Origin: Candidatus Saccharimonadota bacterium
Lineage (GTDB): Bacteria > Patescibacteriota > Saccharimonadia > Saccharimonadales > AWTP1-31
Length of the DNA stretch: 64,000 nt
Direction of reading: 5' to 3'
NCBI GenBank assembly: GCA_052034955.1
Contig: JBPOHZ010000006.1
Coordinates: 23,009 to 87,008, forward strand
Shown piece by piece: positions 29,324 through 38,994 of the stretch (position 1 is the first letter of the stretch; the number at the start of each line of letters is the position of its first letter). Position numbers and translations under genes: made by a program. The notes under the pieces are model-generated. The model had not been told where the DNA came from and did no database searches. It saw nothing but the letters and a program-made list of their open reading frames with translations.

Positions 29324-30189
29324 AAGGCATTATTCTAGCCGGTGGCACTGGGACTCGTCTATACCCAATTACAAGAGGCGTCAGTAAACAGCTAATTCCA
29401 ATTTACGACAAACCTATGATCTACTATCCGCTAACTACCCTTTTGTCGGCTGGGATTAAAGATATCTTGATCATATCTACCCCGGTAGATTTACCAAGGT
29501 TCGAACAACTACTAGGAGACGGAACGCAAATTGGTTGCCAGTTTAGTTACAAAGTTCAAGAAACTCCCCGTGGTCTGGCCGACGCTTTTATTGTTGGCGC
29601 TGAGTTTATCGGTAAAGACAGCGTGGCAATGGTGCTTGGTGACAACATCTTTTATGGAAGCGACTTCGACAAAAAAGTTCGTAAAGCAGCCAAAGATTTA
29701 GATGGCGGAGTCATTTTTGGTCAGCAGGTGGCCGACCCAGAGCGTTACGGTATAGTCGAATTCGACTCTAATATGGACGTTGTTTCTATCGAGGAAAAGC
29801 CGTCTGATCCAAAGTCTAACTATGCAATTCCGGGATTATATTTCTTCGACAATAATGTTGTCGAGTATGCTAAACAGGCTCAGCCAAGTGCTCGGGGCGA
29901 AATTGAGATTACCGAGATTCACAACGCCTACTTACGTGCCGGCAAGCTCAAAGTAATGCTTCTGGACCGTGGGACAGCCTGGCTAGACACCGGTACTTTT
30001 GCTAGCATGAATCAGGCAGGTCAGTTTGTGCAGGTTATCGAAGAGCGCCAGGGCATCAAAATTGGATGTATCGAAGAGATTGCCTACCGCCAAGGGTTTA
30101 TCAACAAAAGTCAGCTTAAAGACATTGCCCAACCCCTATTAAACAGTGGCTACGGCGACTACCTGATGCGAATTGCAAACAGTAAATAA
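29320..30189 (+). CDS. rfbA: Glucose-1-phosphate thymidylyltransferase
   Basis: [47 protein letters not shown]. The track ORF starts at 29278; ATG 29320 overlaps the rfbD stop. Confidence 0.92.
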   Translation: [289 protein letters not shown]

Positions 30190-30198
30190 CGGAGAAAA

Positions 30199-31560
30199 AT
30201 GATGAGTGAAACTAAAACTATTACAGTAATCGGTGCCGGTTTTGTGGGTTTATCAACGGCGGCAATATTTTCTAATTGTGGCTACAAAGTTTATCTTATA
30301 GAAATCAACCCAGACCGTCTAAATATCATCAAGCAAGGCAAGTCATTCTTCTTCGAGGAAGGCATTAACCCACTAATAAAAGAAGGTGTCGATAGCGGCA
30401 TGCTTGTGCCGACAGATTCTTACCAAGACAGCATTCCGAGCAGCGATGTCATATTCTCGGCAGTAGGTACGCCAGACAACCCAGATGGAAGTTCCAACCT
30501 ATCGTATGTATTCGCTGCTGCAAAATCGGCTGCCGAGCTGATGAAGCCTGGAACAGTTTATGTCCAAAAAAGCACCGTCCCGGTCGGAACTGGTCGTGAA
30601 GTAACCGTCGAAATGAAGAAGATTCAGAAAGAGTTTAGCTACGTTTCCAACCCAGAGTTCCTACGCGAAGGAACCGCCCTGTTCGACACCCTCTACTTCG
30701 ACAGAGTTGTCATAGGTGGAAACGACCACAAGGCTAACCAAACAGTAACCGACATCTACAAATCGGTGGCCGCACAACGTCATAAGCTGGCAGAATTCGC
30801 TGGAGTAAAGCAAGGCTACATGGACGGTATCTATATAGAGACCAATCAAGATGGTGCCGAACTTGTTAAAGTTACCGCTAACGCATTCTTGGCATTAAAA
30901 ATCTCTTTTGCCAATAGCATTGCCAAATTAACCGACCATACTGGTGCGGATGTAAATGACATTATGGACGCCGTGGGCGCTGATCGCCGAATTGGCCGGG
31001 CATTCCTAAATGCTGGTCGTGGATATGGCGGCGGCTGCTTTCCTAAGGATGTCACTGGACTTATCATGAGCGCCGAAAAGCATGGTGTGGACATGCCAAT
31101 TATGCTGGCCGCAACAGATGTAAACGAATCAATGCCTGGTTACATTGCCAACAAGGCTCAAAACGAGCTCGGAAGCCTAAAAGGCAAACACGTAGCTGTT
31201 CTAGGCTTATCATTTAAAGAAGGTACGAGTGATGCTCGCAAATCTCCGGGGGTAAAACTCGCAAATATTCTAGGTCACAGTAACGCTAAGGTCTGCGTCT
31301 ACGACCCTCAGGCCAATCACGAAGCGGCCGAAGATCTTAGGAAGAATATTAAAGTTTGCGAGTCGGCTGAAGATGCTCTAAAGGGTGCTGAAGCAGTGTT
31401 CATTGCCACCTCTTGGCCAGAATTCCTTAGTCTTGATCTAGCTAGTGTCCAAGAAAAGATGAAGGGCAAGATATTCATTGACTGTGTTAATGGATTCGAT
31501 ATAAAAAAGGTTCGAGATGCTGGTCTAAAATATATCGGAGTTGGTCGCGGAAACGACTAA
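30199..31560 (+). CDS. ugd: UDP-glucose 6-dehydrogenase family nucleotide-sugar dehydrogenase
   Basis: ITVIGAGFVGLSTA Rossmann motif, NPEFLREG, catalytic GGGCFPKDV. 453 aa. Confidence 0.88.
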   Translation: MMSETKTITVIGAGFVGLSTAAIFSNCGYKVYLIEINPDRLNIIKQGKSFFFEEGINPLIKEGVDSGMLVPTDSYQDSIPSSDVIFSAVGTPDNPDGSSNLSYVFAAAKSAAELMKPGTVYVQKSTVPVGTGREVTVEMKKIQKEFSYVSNPEFLREGTALFDTLYFDRVVIGGNDHKANQTVTDIYKSVAAQRHKLAEFAGVKQGYMDGIYIETNQDGAELVKVTANAFLALKISFANSIAKLTDHTGADVNDIMDAVGADRRIGRAFLNAGRGYGGGCFPKDVTGLIMSAEKHGVDMPIMLAATDVNESMPGYIANKAQNELGSLKGKHVAVLGLSFKEGTSDARKSPGVKLANILGHSNAKVCVYDPQANHEAAEDLRKNIKVCESAEDALKGAEAVFIATSWPEFLSLDLASVQEKMKGKIFIDCVNGFDIKKVRDAGLKYIGVGRGND

Positions 31561-31630
31561 TTGTGAGATAGCTCACAACTCTGTTAGCCTATTGATTCAG
31601 ATCTGTTAATATGGTAATGTTTAATTACCT

Positions 31631-32200
31631 ATGGTCAATACAAAAAAATCTAAAAATAAAAAAATTCTGGCAGTATGTTTGGTTATCGCAGTCGGCTTGG
31701 TTGCTGGTGTCTTCCTGTACAAAAAGAACAAAGACAACCAACCAGTAGTAGATACCTCCTCCAAGACTACCAGTACAGCACCAACCGCCCAGTCTGATTT
31801 TACTGGTGGCAATGATCGTGACCCAGGAAACACCGATGGCGAAGATGACGGTAGCGGCATAGTAGAAGATGCCAACGGCGATATATCTAACACGCCCAGC
31901 AGGTCTGGTTGGACAACTTCCAAGTCGGGCGAAGTTACAGTCTATGGACCAGTTAGTAACGGTTCGTTAAAAAGCGGGGACATGCTAACTGGAAAAACTT
32001 CGGCAAAAACCGTCAACTTTAGACTAATCGACGATATTTCTGGGGTTATATCCGAAGGACAACTAAATGTGGTTAGCGGGAAGTTCTCTGGAAAATTCAA
32101 CTTCAAAACTCGCGCCGACCAAGGTCGTCTGGATGTCTTCTTAACTAAGTCTGATGGTACCGAATACGGGAACGTGGAACTAACAGTAAGGTTTCAGTGA
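31631..32200 (+). CDS. Membrane-anchored surface protein, unknown function
   Basis: 189 aa. Lys-rich start plus anchor ILAVCLVIAVGLVAGVFLY, Thr/Ser/Asp/Gly linker, about 90-aa beta-rich C-domain. The stop overlaps the next gene's start. Confidence 0.55.
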   Translation: MVNTKKSKNKKILAVCLVIAVGLVAGVFLYKKNKDNQPVVDTSSKTTSTAPTAQSDFTGGNDRDPGNTDGEDDGSGIVEDANGDISNTPSRSGWTTSKSGEVTVYGPVSNGSLKSGDMLTGKTSAKTVNFRLIDDISGVISEGQLNVVSGKFSGKFNFKTRADQGRLDVFLTKSDGTEYGNVELTVRFQ

Positions 32201-34581
32201 TGCACCTGCCAAGAACCTCCAGATTAATCATCCTGAGTGCCGTGGCGCTTGCCACCCTGCTATCTAGTAGCTTGATCGCTCCAGGGAAAGCCGAAGCAGC
32301 CTACGATGGATCCAGAATAATCGATAATTCCCTGTTCCTAAATTCTAAGGCCATGAGTAGAAGCCAGATTCAGAGCTTCCTATCGAGCAAGGGTGCTGGT
32401 CTGGCAAAAATGAGCTTTAAGTTAGATTGCTATGGCCAGGATAGCCAAGAACGTGAATGGTACACAGCGGTCGGAGCGCCCTGTGACCAATCTGTCTCTG
32501 CGGCGCACATCATCTATTATGCTGCCCAGATCTACGGAATTAACCCTCAGGTTATTCTTGCCACCATGCAAAAAGAGCAAAGCCTAGTAACTGCTCCAAA
32601 TCCCACTAGTTGGCAGGTCAAACAAGCTATGGGTTACGCCTGTCCAGATAGCGGCAACTGTGGCGGAAGCTCAACCTTCCCCTACCAGATAGATAGTGGG
32701 ACATGGGTACTCCGTTATCATTACGAAAGAGCTAACCGAAACATGACCTGGTGGCAGACCAGCACAAGCTGGACATGTGGCACGGCCAAGAACTACTACA
32801 AACCCAGCTTATATCCTGGCCAGAACGTTACCTTTTACGATGACAATAATGTAGCTTACCGAACCTACAAACTTAAAAATGCTGCCTCTTCTACCATGTA
32901 CTGCTATACGCCTCATGCCTACAACAACCCCAAGGGTCTTTATGGTCGGCCAAAATTTGGTACAAAAGGCCAATACTATAGTGGTAGCTACAACTTTGTA
33001 AGTTTCTTCGAGAACTGGTTTGGGTCTACCGAAGGCACGCCGTTCTTCCGTATTGGTGACAACCCCGAGGTGTACATACTTGGATCAAATAATAACTACT
33101 ACTACATTCCGAGTCGATCGACCTTGGAGGCCTATGGATTCCCTTCGCAGAACGACCGAATTGCCTCGGTTGGAGGTTCTCAGATTAGTGGCATGACATA
33201 TTCTGGTCCACTGCCGGTAATTGCCCGATTCGAGGGTGGAGCCGTTTATCTCATGGACAGAGGTCATCGTCGACACTTCACAACCCGAGAAATGCTCGAG
33301 GACACGTACGGATTTACCATCGGCCAAGAGGCGACGTTGCCAGATAATACAGCTTACTTCTTCCCCGAATATTCGCCTATGGCTCCTGTTGTTACAGAAT
33401 ATAACGGACCTTCAATCTACCTGATAGATAGCGGTCAAAAACATCACTTTACAGAAGCATCGACCCTGGGATTGGGCGATCCAACATACTCCGCCCTGGC
33501 TCAAGTCAATTTAAGCAAAACTTTCATAGACAAAATGTCTAGCGGTACTCCAATCTTTATGCCGAACCGCCTGCTTCGGGCTGTAGATACCGGTGCCTAC
33601 AAATTCTGGAATGGAACCAATCTAACTCAGATTAATAGCTCGGTAGCAAAAGCAGCGGGCGTAAAACCAAACTTTGATGTCTATGCTGGTCAGATCTCGT
33701 CACTAACGTCACTTTCAACTCCAGTCGGTAAACTGGCACTTGATTCTGGCGGCCAAAGATACTTACTTGATACCGGCAAGAAGATTCCCCTAAGCGCCTC
33801 CCAGTCAACTAAGTTAGGTTTCTCGGATGGATCATACGTGACTGCTCCCGATTCATTCCTCCGTAAGATTCCAAGCAAATCATTTACTAATCTATTCCAA
33901 ATAGATAAGAAGCCCGAAATATACACTGTTATTTCTGGGGAAGTAAAGCGGTTTGCTAGCTGGAAGACCATAAATGATGCTGGCTACAGCCCAGAGCAGC
34001 TGATGTCCCTAAATTCGGCAACTGCCTCGATGCTGGACTTTACAGGAGAAGTTATATACCGGGCAGGTAGTTTAGTAAGAGTAGAGGGTCAGCAATCGGT
34101 TTACCTAATCAACTCCCCAACATCTAAAATATACGTACCCTCTTCGTCTCTCTTAAAGCAATATCGAATGTCTATCGATTGGACGATGAATGTTCCAAGT
34201 GTCAGCATAAACGACTATCCGACTGTAGGAACACTTGGGCCGCTGGTAAAGAATTCTTCTGGGTCGTTGTGGCATATCTATAATGGCCAATACCGAAGGA
34301 ACCTGCCGGATAACTTAACCGTGAGTTCGGTCTACGACATTGATCCAGATACAATACCAGCACTTCCCGACAGGATAATAGATGACTTTAACTCACAGAA
34401 TAGTCTTGGCAGAGCCATCAGGGCCACTGGTGACAGTAAAATATACTACATCCAAAACGGTCAGAAACGCTGGGTTACAACCAAGTCTGCATTAACCGGT
34501 TTAGGCCTAAGCACCTCTGATGCAAGAGAGACAAACACCAAGTTAATAAACTCCATTCCAACTGGTTCAAACATAAACTAA
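32197..34581 (+). CDS. Secreted 794-aa protein: N-terminal lysozyme-like(?) domain plus nine ~55-aa repeats
   Basis: Signal LIILSAVALATLLSSSLIAPGKAEA. The N-domain has INPQVILATMQKEQSLV and several Cys. The C-terminal two thirds are degenerate repeats with core x-VYLI-x-x-G-x-K-x-x-I/F (listed in findings). Confidence 0.65.
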   Translation: MMHLPRTSRLIILSAVALATLLSSSLIAPGKAEAAYDGSRIIDNSLFLNSKAMSRSQIQSFLSSKGAGLAKMSFKLDCYGQDSQEREWYTAVGAPCDQSVSAAHIIYYAAQIYGINPQVILATMQKEQSLVTAPNPTSWQVKQAMGYACPDSGNCGGSSTFPYQIDSGTWVLRYHYERANRNMTWWQTSTSWTCGTAKNYYKPSLYPGQNVTFYDDNNVAYRTYKLKNAASSTMYCYTPHAYNNPKGLYGRPKFGTKGQYYSGSYNFVSFFENWFGSTEGTPFFRIGDNPEVYILGSNNNYYYIPSRSTLEAYGFPSQNDRIASVGGSQISGMTYSGPLPVIARFEGGAVYLMDRGHRRHFTTREMLEDTYGFTIGQEATLPDNTAYFFPEYSPMAPVVTEYNGPSIYLIDSGQKHHFTEASTLGLGDPTYSALAQVNLSKTFIDKMSSGTPIFMPNRLLRAVDTGAYKFWNGTNLTQINSSVAKAAGVKPNFDVYAGQISSLTSLSTPVGKLALDSGGQRYLLDTGKKIPLSASQSTKLGFSDGSYVTAPDSFLRKIPSKSFTNLFQIDKKPEIYTVISGEVKRFASWKTINDAGYSPEQLMSLNSATASMLDFTGEVIYRAGSLVRVEGQQSVYLINSPTSKIYVPSSSLLKQYRMSIDWTMNVPSVSINDYPTVGTLGPLVKNSSGSLWHIYNGQYRRNLPDNLTVSSVYDIDPDTIPALPDRIIDDFNSQNSLGRAIRATGDSKIYYIQNGQKRWVTTKSALTGLGLSTSDARETNTKLINSIPTGSNIN

Positions 34582-34662
34582 TCACCTAGTCGCTCGCTAC
34601 AGTGGTAGTGTACAATTAAGCTCATACAAAATAAGATCAACAAGTCTTTAGATTGAGGGGAT

Positions 34663-36741
34663 ATGAAAGCTAAATTAAAGCATTTTCTGCGAAAGCATTA
34701 TCGTCGTGTTAAGTACGCTCCGTTCTGGCAAAAAAACTCTGCCACCAAATTTCTATACAAGGTAAATAAAAAACTCGTTCAATCGGCATTTTACTCTTTA
34801 TATATTGCTCGTCGTACCAAACGTCGTGCGCTCTACAGAGCCGACCGAATTAGTGTCATAAACAAAGTCAGACACAATCTGAACAGGCGCGGAATCTTCC
34901 TACAACTGGCCCGCTCTGCTTCGGCCAGAGGTAACTGGTTGATGGCCGAAATCCATTACAAAAGAGTTCAAAAAGAGATCGGCCAAGACCCACGATTTAT
35001 AGCCTTAAATAATGAGGTCCGACTAAATCTATCAGTTATTAAAAGGCTTAAAGACGTTACTGGCTATAAGGCAGAAATCGCTAAGTACAATAAAGATAAA
35101 AAGAGTATCAAAAACCGGGTGGCCGTGGTTTCGGCGGTATCTGGTGGCTACGATACCATCAAACTACCAGAGATTTTGAATCCTAGCTTCGATTATATTC
35201 TGTACACCGATACTCCTGTTCGTCCATCCGGAGTTTATCAGGTCAGGCCACTGCCTTATTACCATACCGATACCACCAGAATGGCTCGGTACATAAAGAC
35301 CAACCTGAATCTATTATTCCCCGATTACGAGACAGTTATCTGGATAGATGCCAATATCATGATGCTAGCCGACATTCAAGAAATGGTCGACGAGTTCAAG
35401 GCATCAAAGAAGCCAATTGGTGCAATTCCTCACCCCCTAAGGAACTCGGTCTACAGTGAGGGTGATGCATGCATGAAACAGGGCAAGGATGACTCTTCGT
35501 TAATCACCGCTCAGATGAAGCACCTAAGAAGTATTGGCTTTAAGTGCAACGATCTTATCGAAAGCAACATTATGATGTTTGACATGAAGAACCCAAAGAT
35601 CGGAAAATTCTTTGCAACCTGGTGGGCAGAACTAGATAAATACAGTCGTCGAGACCAGTTAAGCCTAAACTACGCCATTAACACTGCCGGGATTAAATGG
35701 CACCGTTTAATGAAGCGTCCGTTTAACTCTAGGACTCACCCACTATTTGCTATTGCCCCACACGACGTCAAACAAAGTAGTATTCTAAAGCTAGAGCAGG
35801 AGCTTGGATCAAAATCTGTTAATCCATATAGTGGCCCTTCTTTTAGCTCCAAGCGTAACGACCTACTTAAGTCAGAGTTAAAAAGAAAAGTTGATATTAT
35901 CTACTGCGTTCACAATGCCCTAGAAGATGTAAAACTTTGCCTAAATTCGGTAGCTAAGTTCCGCAAGAACCCAAACCTTAGGCTGATTATTATCGACGAT
36001 GGTTCTGATGCCCCAACTCGGGATTTCCTAAAGCAGTTCCATGCCGATAACAAGAAATGGTCAGAGCTACACCGTAAAGAAACTGGTTCTGGATACACAA
36101 GGGCTGCAAACCGTGGCCTTAAGGCCTCAAAGGGCGAGTTTGTAGTGCTTCTTAACAGTGACACCATAGTGACTGCTGACTGGACAGAAAAGATGACTCA
36201 CGCCGCCTTCTCTACGCCGGGTGTTGGAATAGTGGGTCCACTTTCTTCTGCCGCCAGCCACCAATCCATCCCAGAACACCGCAGTAGCAAGAACCAAACT
36301 GCAGTCAATACAATGCCTAAAGGCATAACTCCTAAGCTACTAAATCAAAAGTGTGAGGAATGGTCTGTTGCTGGTTTCTACCCACTTGTGCCACTTGCTC
36401 ATGGTTTTTGCTACGGACTTCGACGTGAAGTCATAGACAAAATCGGCATGTTTAGCGAAAAGGACTTCCCGTATGGTTACGGCGAAGAGAATGATTACTG
36501 CATAAGGGCAACAAACGCTGGATTCAGATTAGCGATTGCCACCAACACCTACATCTTCCATGCTAAGTCAAAGAGCTATGTATCGGATAAAAGAATCGAG
36601 CTTATGGACAACGGTAATCGTCGTCTTCAGGAGCTTCACACCAAAGAACGAGTGCACCGCGCAGTAACAAGCATGCAGCAGAACCCAACTCTTCAGAAGA
36701 TGCGCGACAAGGCCGCAAAGCTATACAAAACTGCTAGCTAA
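34663..36741 (+). CDS. Bifunctional putative glycosyltransferase: DUF616/TOD1-MUCI70-like domain plus C-terminal GT2
   Basis: SD GAGGGGA. Central GGYD, YTD, WIDANIMM, RDQLSLNYA. C-terminal GT-A motifs IIYCVHNA, IIIDDGSD, LLNSDTIV. Confidence 0.7.
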   Translation: MKAKLKHFLRKHYRRVKYAPFWQKNSATKFLYKVNKKLVQSAFYSLYIARRTKRRALYRADRISVINKVRHNLNRRGIFLQLARSASARGNWLMAEIHYKRVQKEIGQDPRFIALNNEVRLNLSVIKRLKDVTGYKAEIAKYNKDKKSIKNRVAVVSAVSGGYDTIKLPEILNPSFDYILYTDTPVRPSGVYQVRPLPYYHTDTTRMARYIKTNLNLLFPDYETVIWIDANIMMLADIQEMVDEFKASKKPIGAIPHPLRNSVYSEGDACMKQGKDDSSLITAQMKHLRSIGFKCNDLIESNIMMFDMKNPKIGKFFATWWAELDKYSRRDQLSLNYAINTAGIKWHRLMKRPFNSRTHPLFAIAPHDVKQSSILKLEQELGSKSVNPYSGPSFSSKRNDLLKSELKRKVDIIYCVHNALEDVKLCLNSVAKFRKNPNLRLIIIDDGSDAPTRDFLKQFHADNKKWSELHRKETGSGYTRAANRGLKASKGEFVVLLNSDTIVTADWTEKMTHAAFSTPGVGIVGPLSSAASHQSIPEHRSSKNQTAVNTMPKGITPKLLNQKCEEWSVAGFYPLVPLAHGFCYGLRREVIDKIGMFSEKDFPYGYGEENDYCIRATNAGFRLAIATNTYIFHAKSKSYVSDKRIELMDNGNRRLQELHTKERVHRAVTSMQQNPTLQKMRDKAAKLYKTAS

Positions 36742-38296
36742 TCTCTTTTACTAAACTATCTAGGGCTGTGTACTTTACTCCGTGCTGAGTAAGTACTAGA
36801 TATTTATTGTCTCTTACTGATTGTGGTGGCTGCATTAGGGGGTGCAACTCGGTACCGGTCTGTTCTAGGGCATAACCAAGACTCAGCTGATCCCGCTTGC
36901 TATACTTGTTTACCTGTTCCCACCATTTGTCCATTGCCGGCGCTAAGTTGGGGTGCCTTAGGTTAAACATCAAGAAACCGTTTTCGGTCAGCCCTTCGCC
37001 CTTGAATCCTTGGGATTCATAGAACTCTCGTTGCTCGATTATAATCTCTGGGTCGTCTTTTTTAAGCTGTATGCAGGCATCAAACTCCTGGTAGACGTTA
37101 CTTCGCTGTGAGTGAGGCGAACTTCCAATAGCTTTGCCGGATTTAATAAAGTCATCTATGATCGGCTGGATGTCATCGACCACCATAATACTGGCGTCTA
37201 GCCAGACTGCAATTTGATAATCACCAAATAATAGATGGGGGTGCATTTTTACGTAGCGTATTAGTCTTCCAGCATCTAGATCTAGGTCGGGGAGATCTTT
37301 ATGCTTATAGATTCCAAGATCGTCTACCGGCGAATCGGTATAAACAAAGTAGTCAAAATTGTCATTGAGTTTAGCATGGGGCTTAAGCTGATCGTATCCT
37401 TTTGAAAATGATGTGGCAACAGCTACTGTTCGGGGCGAGTTAGATGAGTTGTAGCTAGCGATACTGCTCTTATAGCCATCAAGGGCCAATAATCGCTCAA
37501 TGACACTCAGGTTAAATCTGCACAGTTGATAGTAAAGGGCATGGTCATTGGCTTGCTCTAAGTTATTCTTAACTTTTTCCCAGTTCTGCCGGGCTTTTGG
37601 CCAGTCATTCATAGAGTTATAAACATTTGCAGCTTCGACACCCAATGGAACGCTATCTGGAATCCCCTTAAGCCCTTCTTGGACAACCGCTTCGGCCATT
37701 TTTAGGCTGCCTGTGGCGATGAATGCTCGAACCGCATACACATAACCTTCTTCGGGAATATCTATCTTTGAGCCCTCTACAATTCCCCAGATCCGTTTAG
37801 CTTCTTTCCAGTCTTCTTGTTGCCCGGATAACAAAAGTGCTTCGAGCTGCAAGGAAGCATCCTTGAGCTTATGATTGTTGATTGCCTTGTCTATAAGTTG
37901 CCTAGCCTGATCAGTGTTGCCCTGCGAGTTATATAAGCGGCTAAGTTTAATCCAGGCTTTGGCCGGAGCTTTATCGGGTGCGGACTCTATAACGCTTTTC
38001 CAAGCATTTATTCTATGGCCTATGTCTTTTCCTTGGTCAAGAATCTCGGCGTTCCTAAGAAGTATTTGAACGTCTTTAGGGTATTTTTCCAGCCCGGCAT
38101 CTACCACAGATTTAGCTTCTTTTATTTTGTCAGTATTAATCAAAGCTCTTGCTAGTCGATGGTAAGTCTCTGGTGGAGAGTTATTACCCATATCATCTAG
38201 AATTGACTGCCATAGGGTTGCAGCCTCTTGCCATTCACCAGACTTTGATACAGCTGTTGCGGCTTGTATCCTCTGCTCAAAGTTATTATCTGTCAC
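36734..38296 (-). CDS. TPR-repeat protein fused to a DUF616/TOD1-MUCI70-like domain
   Basis: About 270 aa of TPR-like repeats (EWQEAATLWQSIL, KIKEAKSVVDAGL, DQARQLIDKAI, DWKEAKRIWGIV, DWPKARQNWEKV). Then a domain paralogous to the 34663 ORF (KGYD, YTD, WLDASIMV, RDQLSLGYA). Confidence 0.7.
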   Translation of the reverse strand: MTDNNFEQRIQAATAVSKSGEWQEAATLWQSILDDMGNNSPPETYHRLARALINTDKIKEAKSVVDAGLEKYPKDVQILLRNAEILDQGKDIGHRINAWKSVIESAPDKAPAKAWIKLSRLYNSQGNTDQARQLIDKAINNHKLKDASLQLEALLLSGQQEDWKEAKRIWGIVEGSKIDIPEEGYVYAVRAFIATGSLKMAEAVVQEGLKGIPDSVPLGVEAANVYNSMNDWPKARQNWEKVKNNLEQANDHALYYQLCRFNLSVIERLLALDGYKSSIASYNSSNSPRTVAVATSFSKGYDQLKPHAKLNDNFDYFVYTDSPVDDLGIYKHKDLPDLDLDAGRLIRYVKMHPHLLFGDYQIAVWLDASIMVVDDIQPIIDDFIKSGKAIGSSPHSQRSNVYQEFDACIQLKKDDPEIIIEQREFYESQGFKGEGLTENGFLMFNLRHPNLAPAMDKWWEQVNKYSKRDQLSLGYALEQTGTELHPLMQPPQSVRDNKYLVLTQHGVKYTALDSLVKEIS

Positions 38297-38316
38297 AGCC
38301 TATGGAATCCTTTCGG

Positions 38317-38994
38317 CTAGTCTTGTCTGGTTATCCAGCTCCACGTTTTAGGGTCAATAGGTTTTAGTGGAACAAAGATATCAATCTGCGAAAATACTTT
38401 CTTATCAAAAGTTACTTTCTTTTTAGGTCCAAGCTTCTTGTCGTACTCTAAAACATCAGTCGGAAATTCGGATGGAAGGATATATTTATGAGACGAGTCT
38501 TTAATCTCGTTTCTAAACACAAAGCAGTATTGCCTAAGACCAAGTTTATTAAATATCTCGGTATAGTCATAAATCTTGGCGTGAGCCGTGTGCACTGACC
38601 AGTCTGCCCATGCTGGTTTCAATCCGATGCCCTTAAGGTATTCAACATCCTCAAATGAAGGGTGACGAATAAAGATAAAGTCCGACGCCAAGCTAGCCAT
38701 CTTTTCGATTATCGCCGGCATTGCTTCGACGCCAGGCAAGTGCTCAAGAAAATCTAGGGCAGTAACAAACTTAAACTTCTGTTCAATATCGAGCTTTAGG
38801 ATGTCTTGCTCAATAGTATCTATACCGGCTTTACGAGCCCGCTTTACGGCCTCTGGGTCGATGTCTATTCCAATGCCCTTAGCGTAACTTTCTTCGCCCT
38901 TACCGGTTCTAAAATGCTTAGCGCAATATTTAATCGAGCCGCCGTTCTTGCTTCCTAAATCAAGAAAATCATACTTAGTTAGGTCATACTTCAT
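38317..38994 (-). CDS. Class I SAM-dependent methyltransferase
   Basis: Motif I FLDLGSKNGG, acidic loop GIDIDPEAV, DFLEHL. 225 aa. The start overlaps the Wzt stop. Confidence 0.75.
   Translation of the reverse strand: MKYDLTKYDFLDLGSKNGGSIKYCAKHFRTGKGEESYAKGIGIDIDPEAVKRARKAGIDTIEQDILKLDIEQKFKFVTALDFLEHLPGVEAMPAIIEKMASLASDFIFIRHPSFEDVEYLKGIGLKPAWADWSVHTAHAKIYDYTEIFNKLGLRQYCFVFRNEIKDSSHKYILPSEFPTDVLEYDKKLGPKKKVTFDKKVFSQIDIFVPLKPIDPKTWSWITRQD

Noticed and set aside
31561-31578. Inverted repeat TTGTGAG-ATAG-CTCACAA right after the ugd stop as a terminator
   Set aside because: The 7-bp stem is perfect, but no T-tract follows (CTCTGTTAGCC). It is too weak to call an intrinsic terminator.
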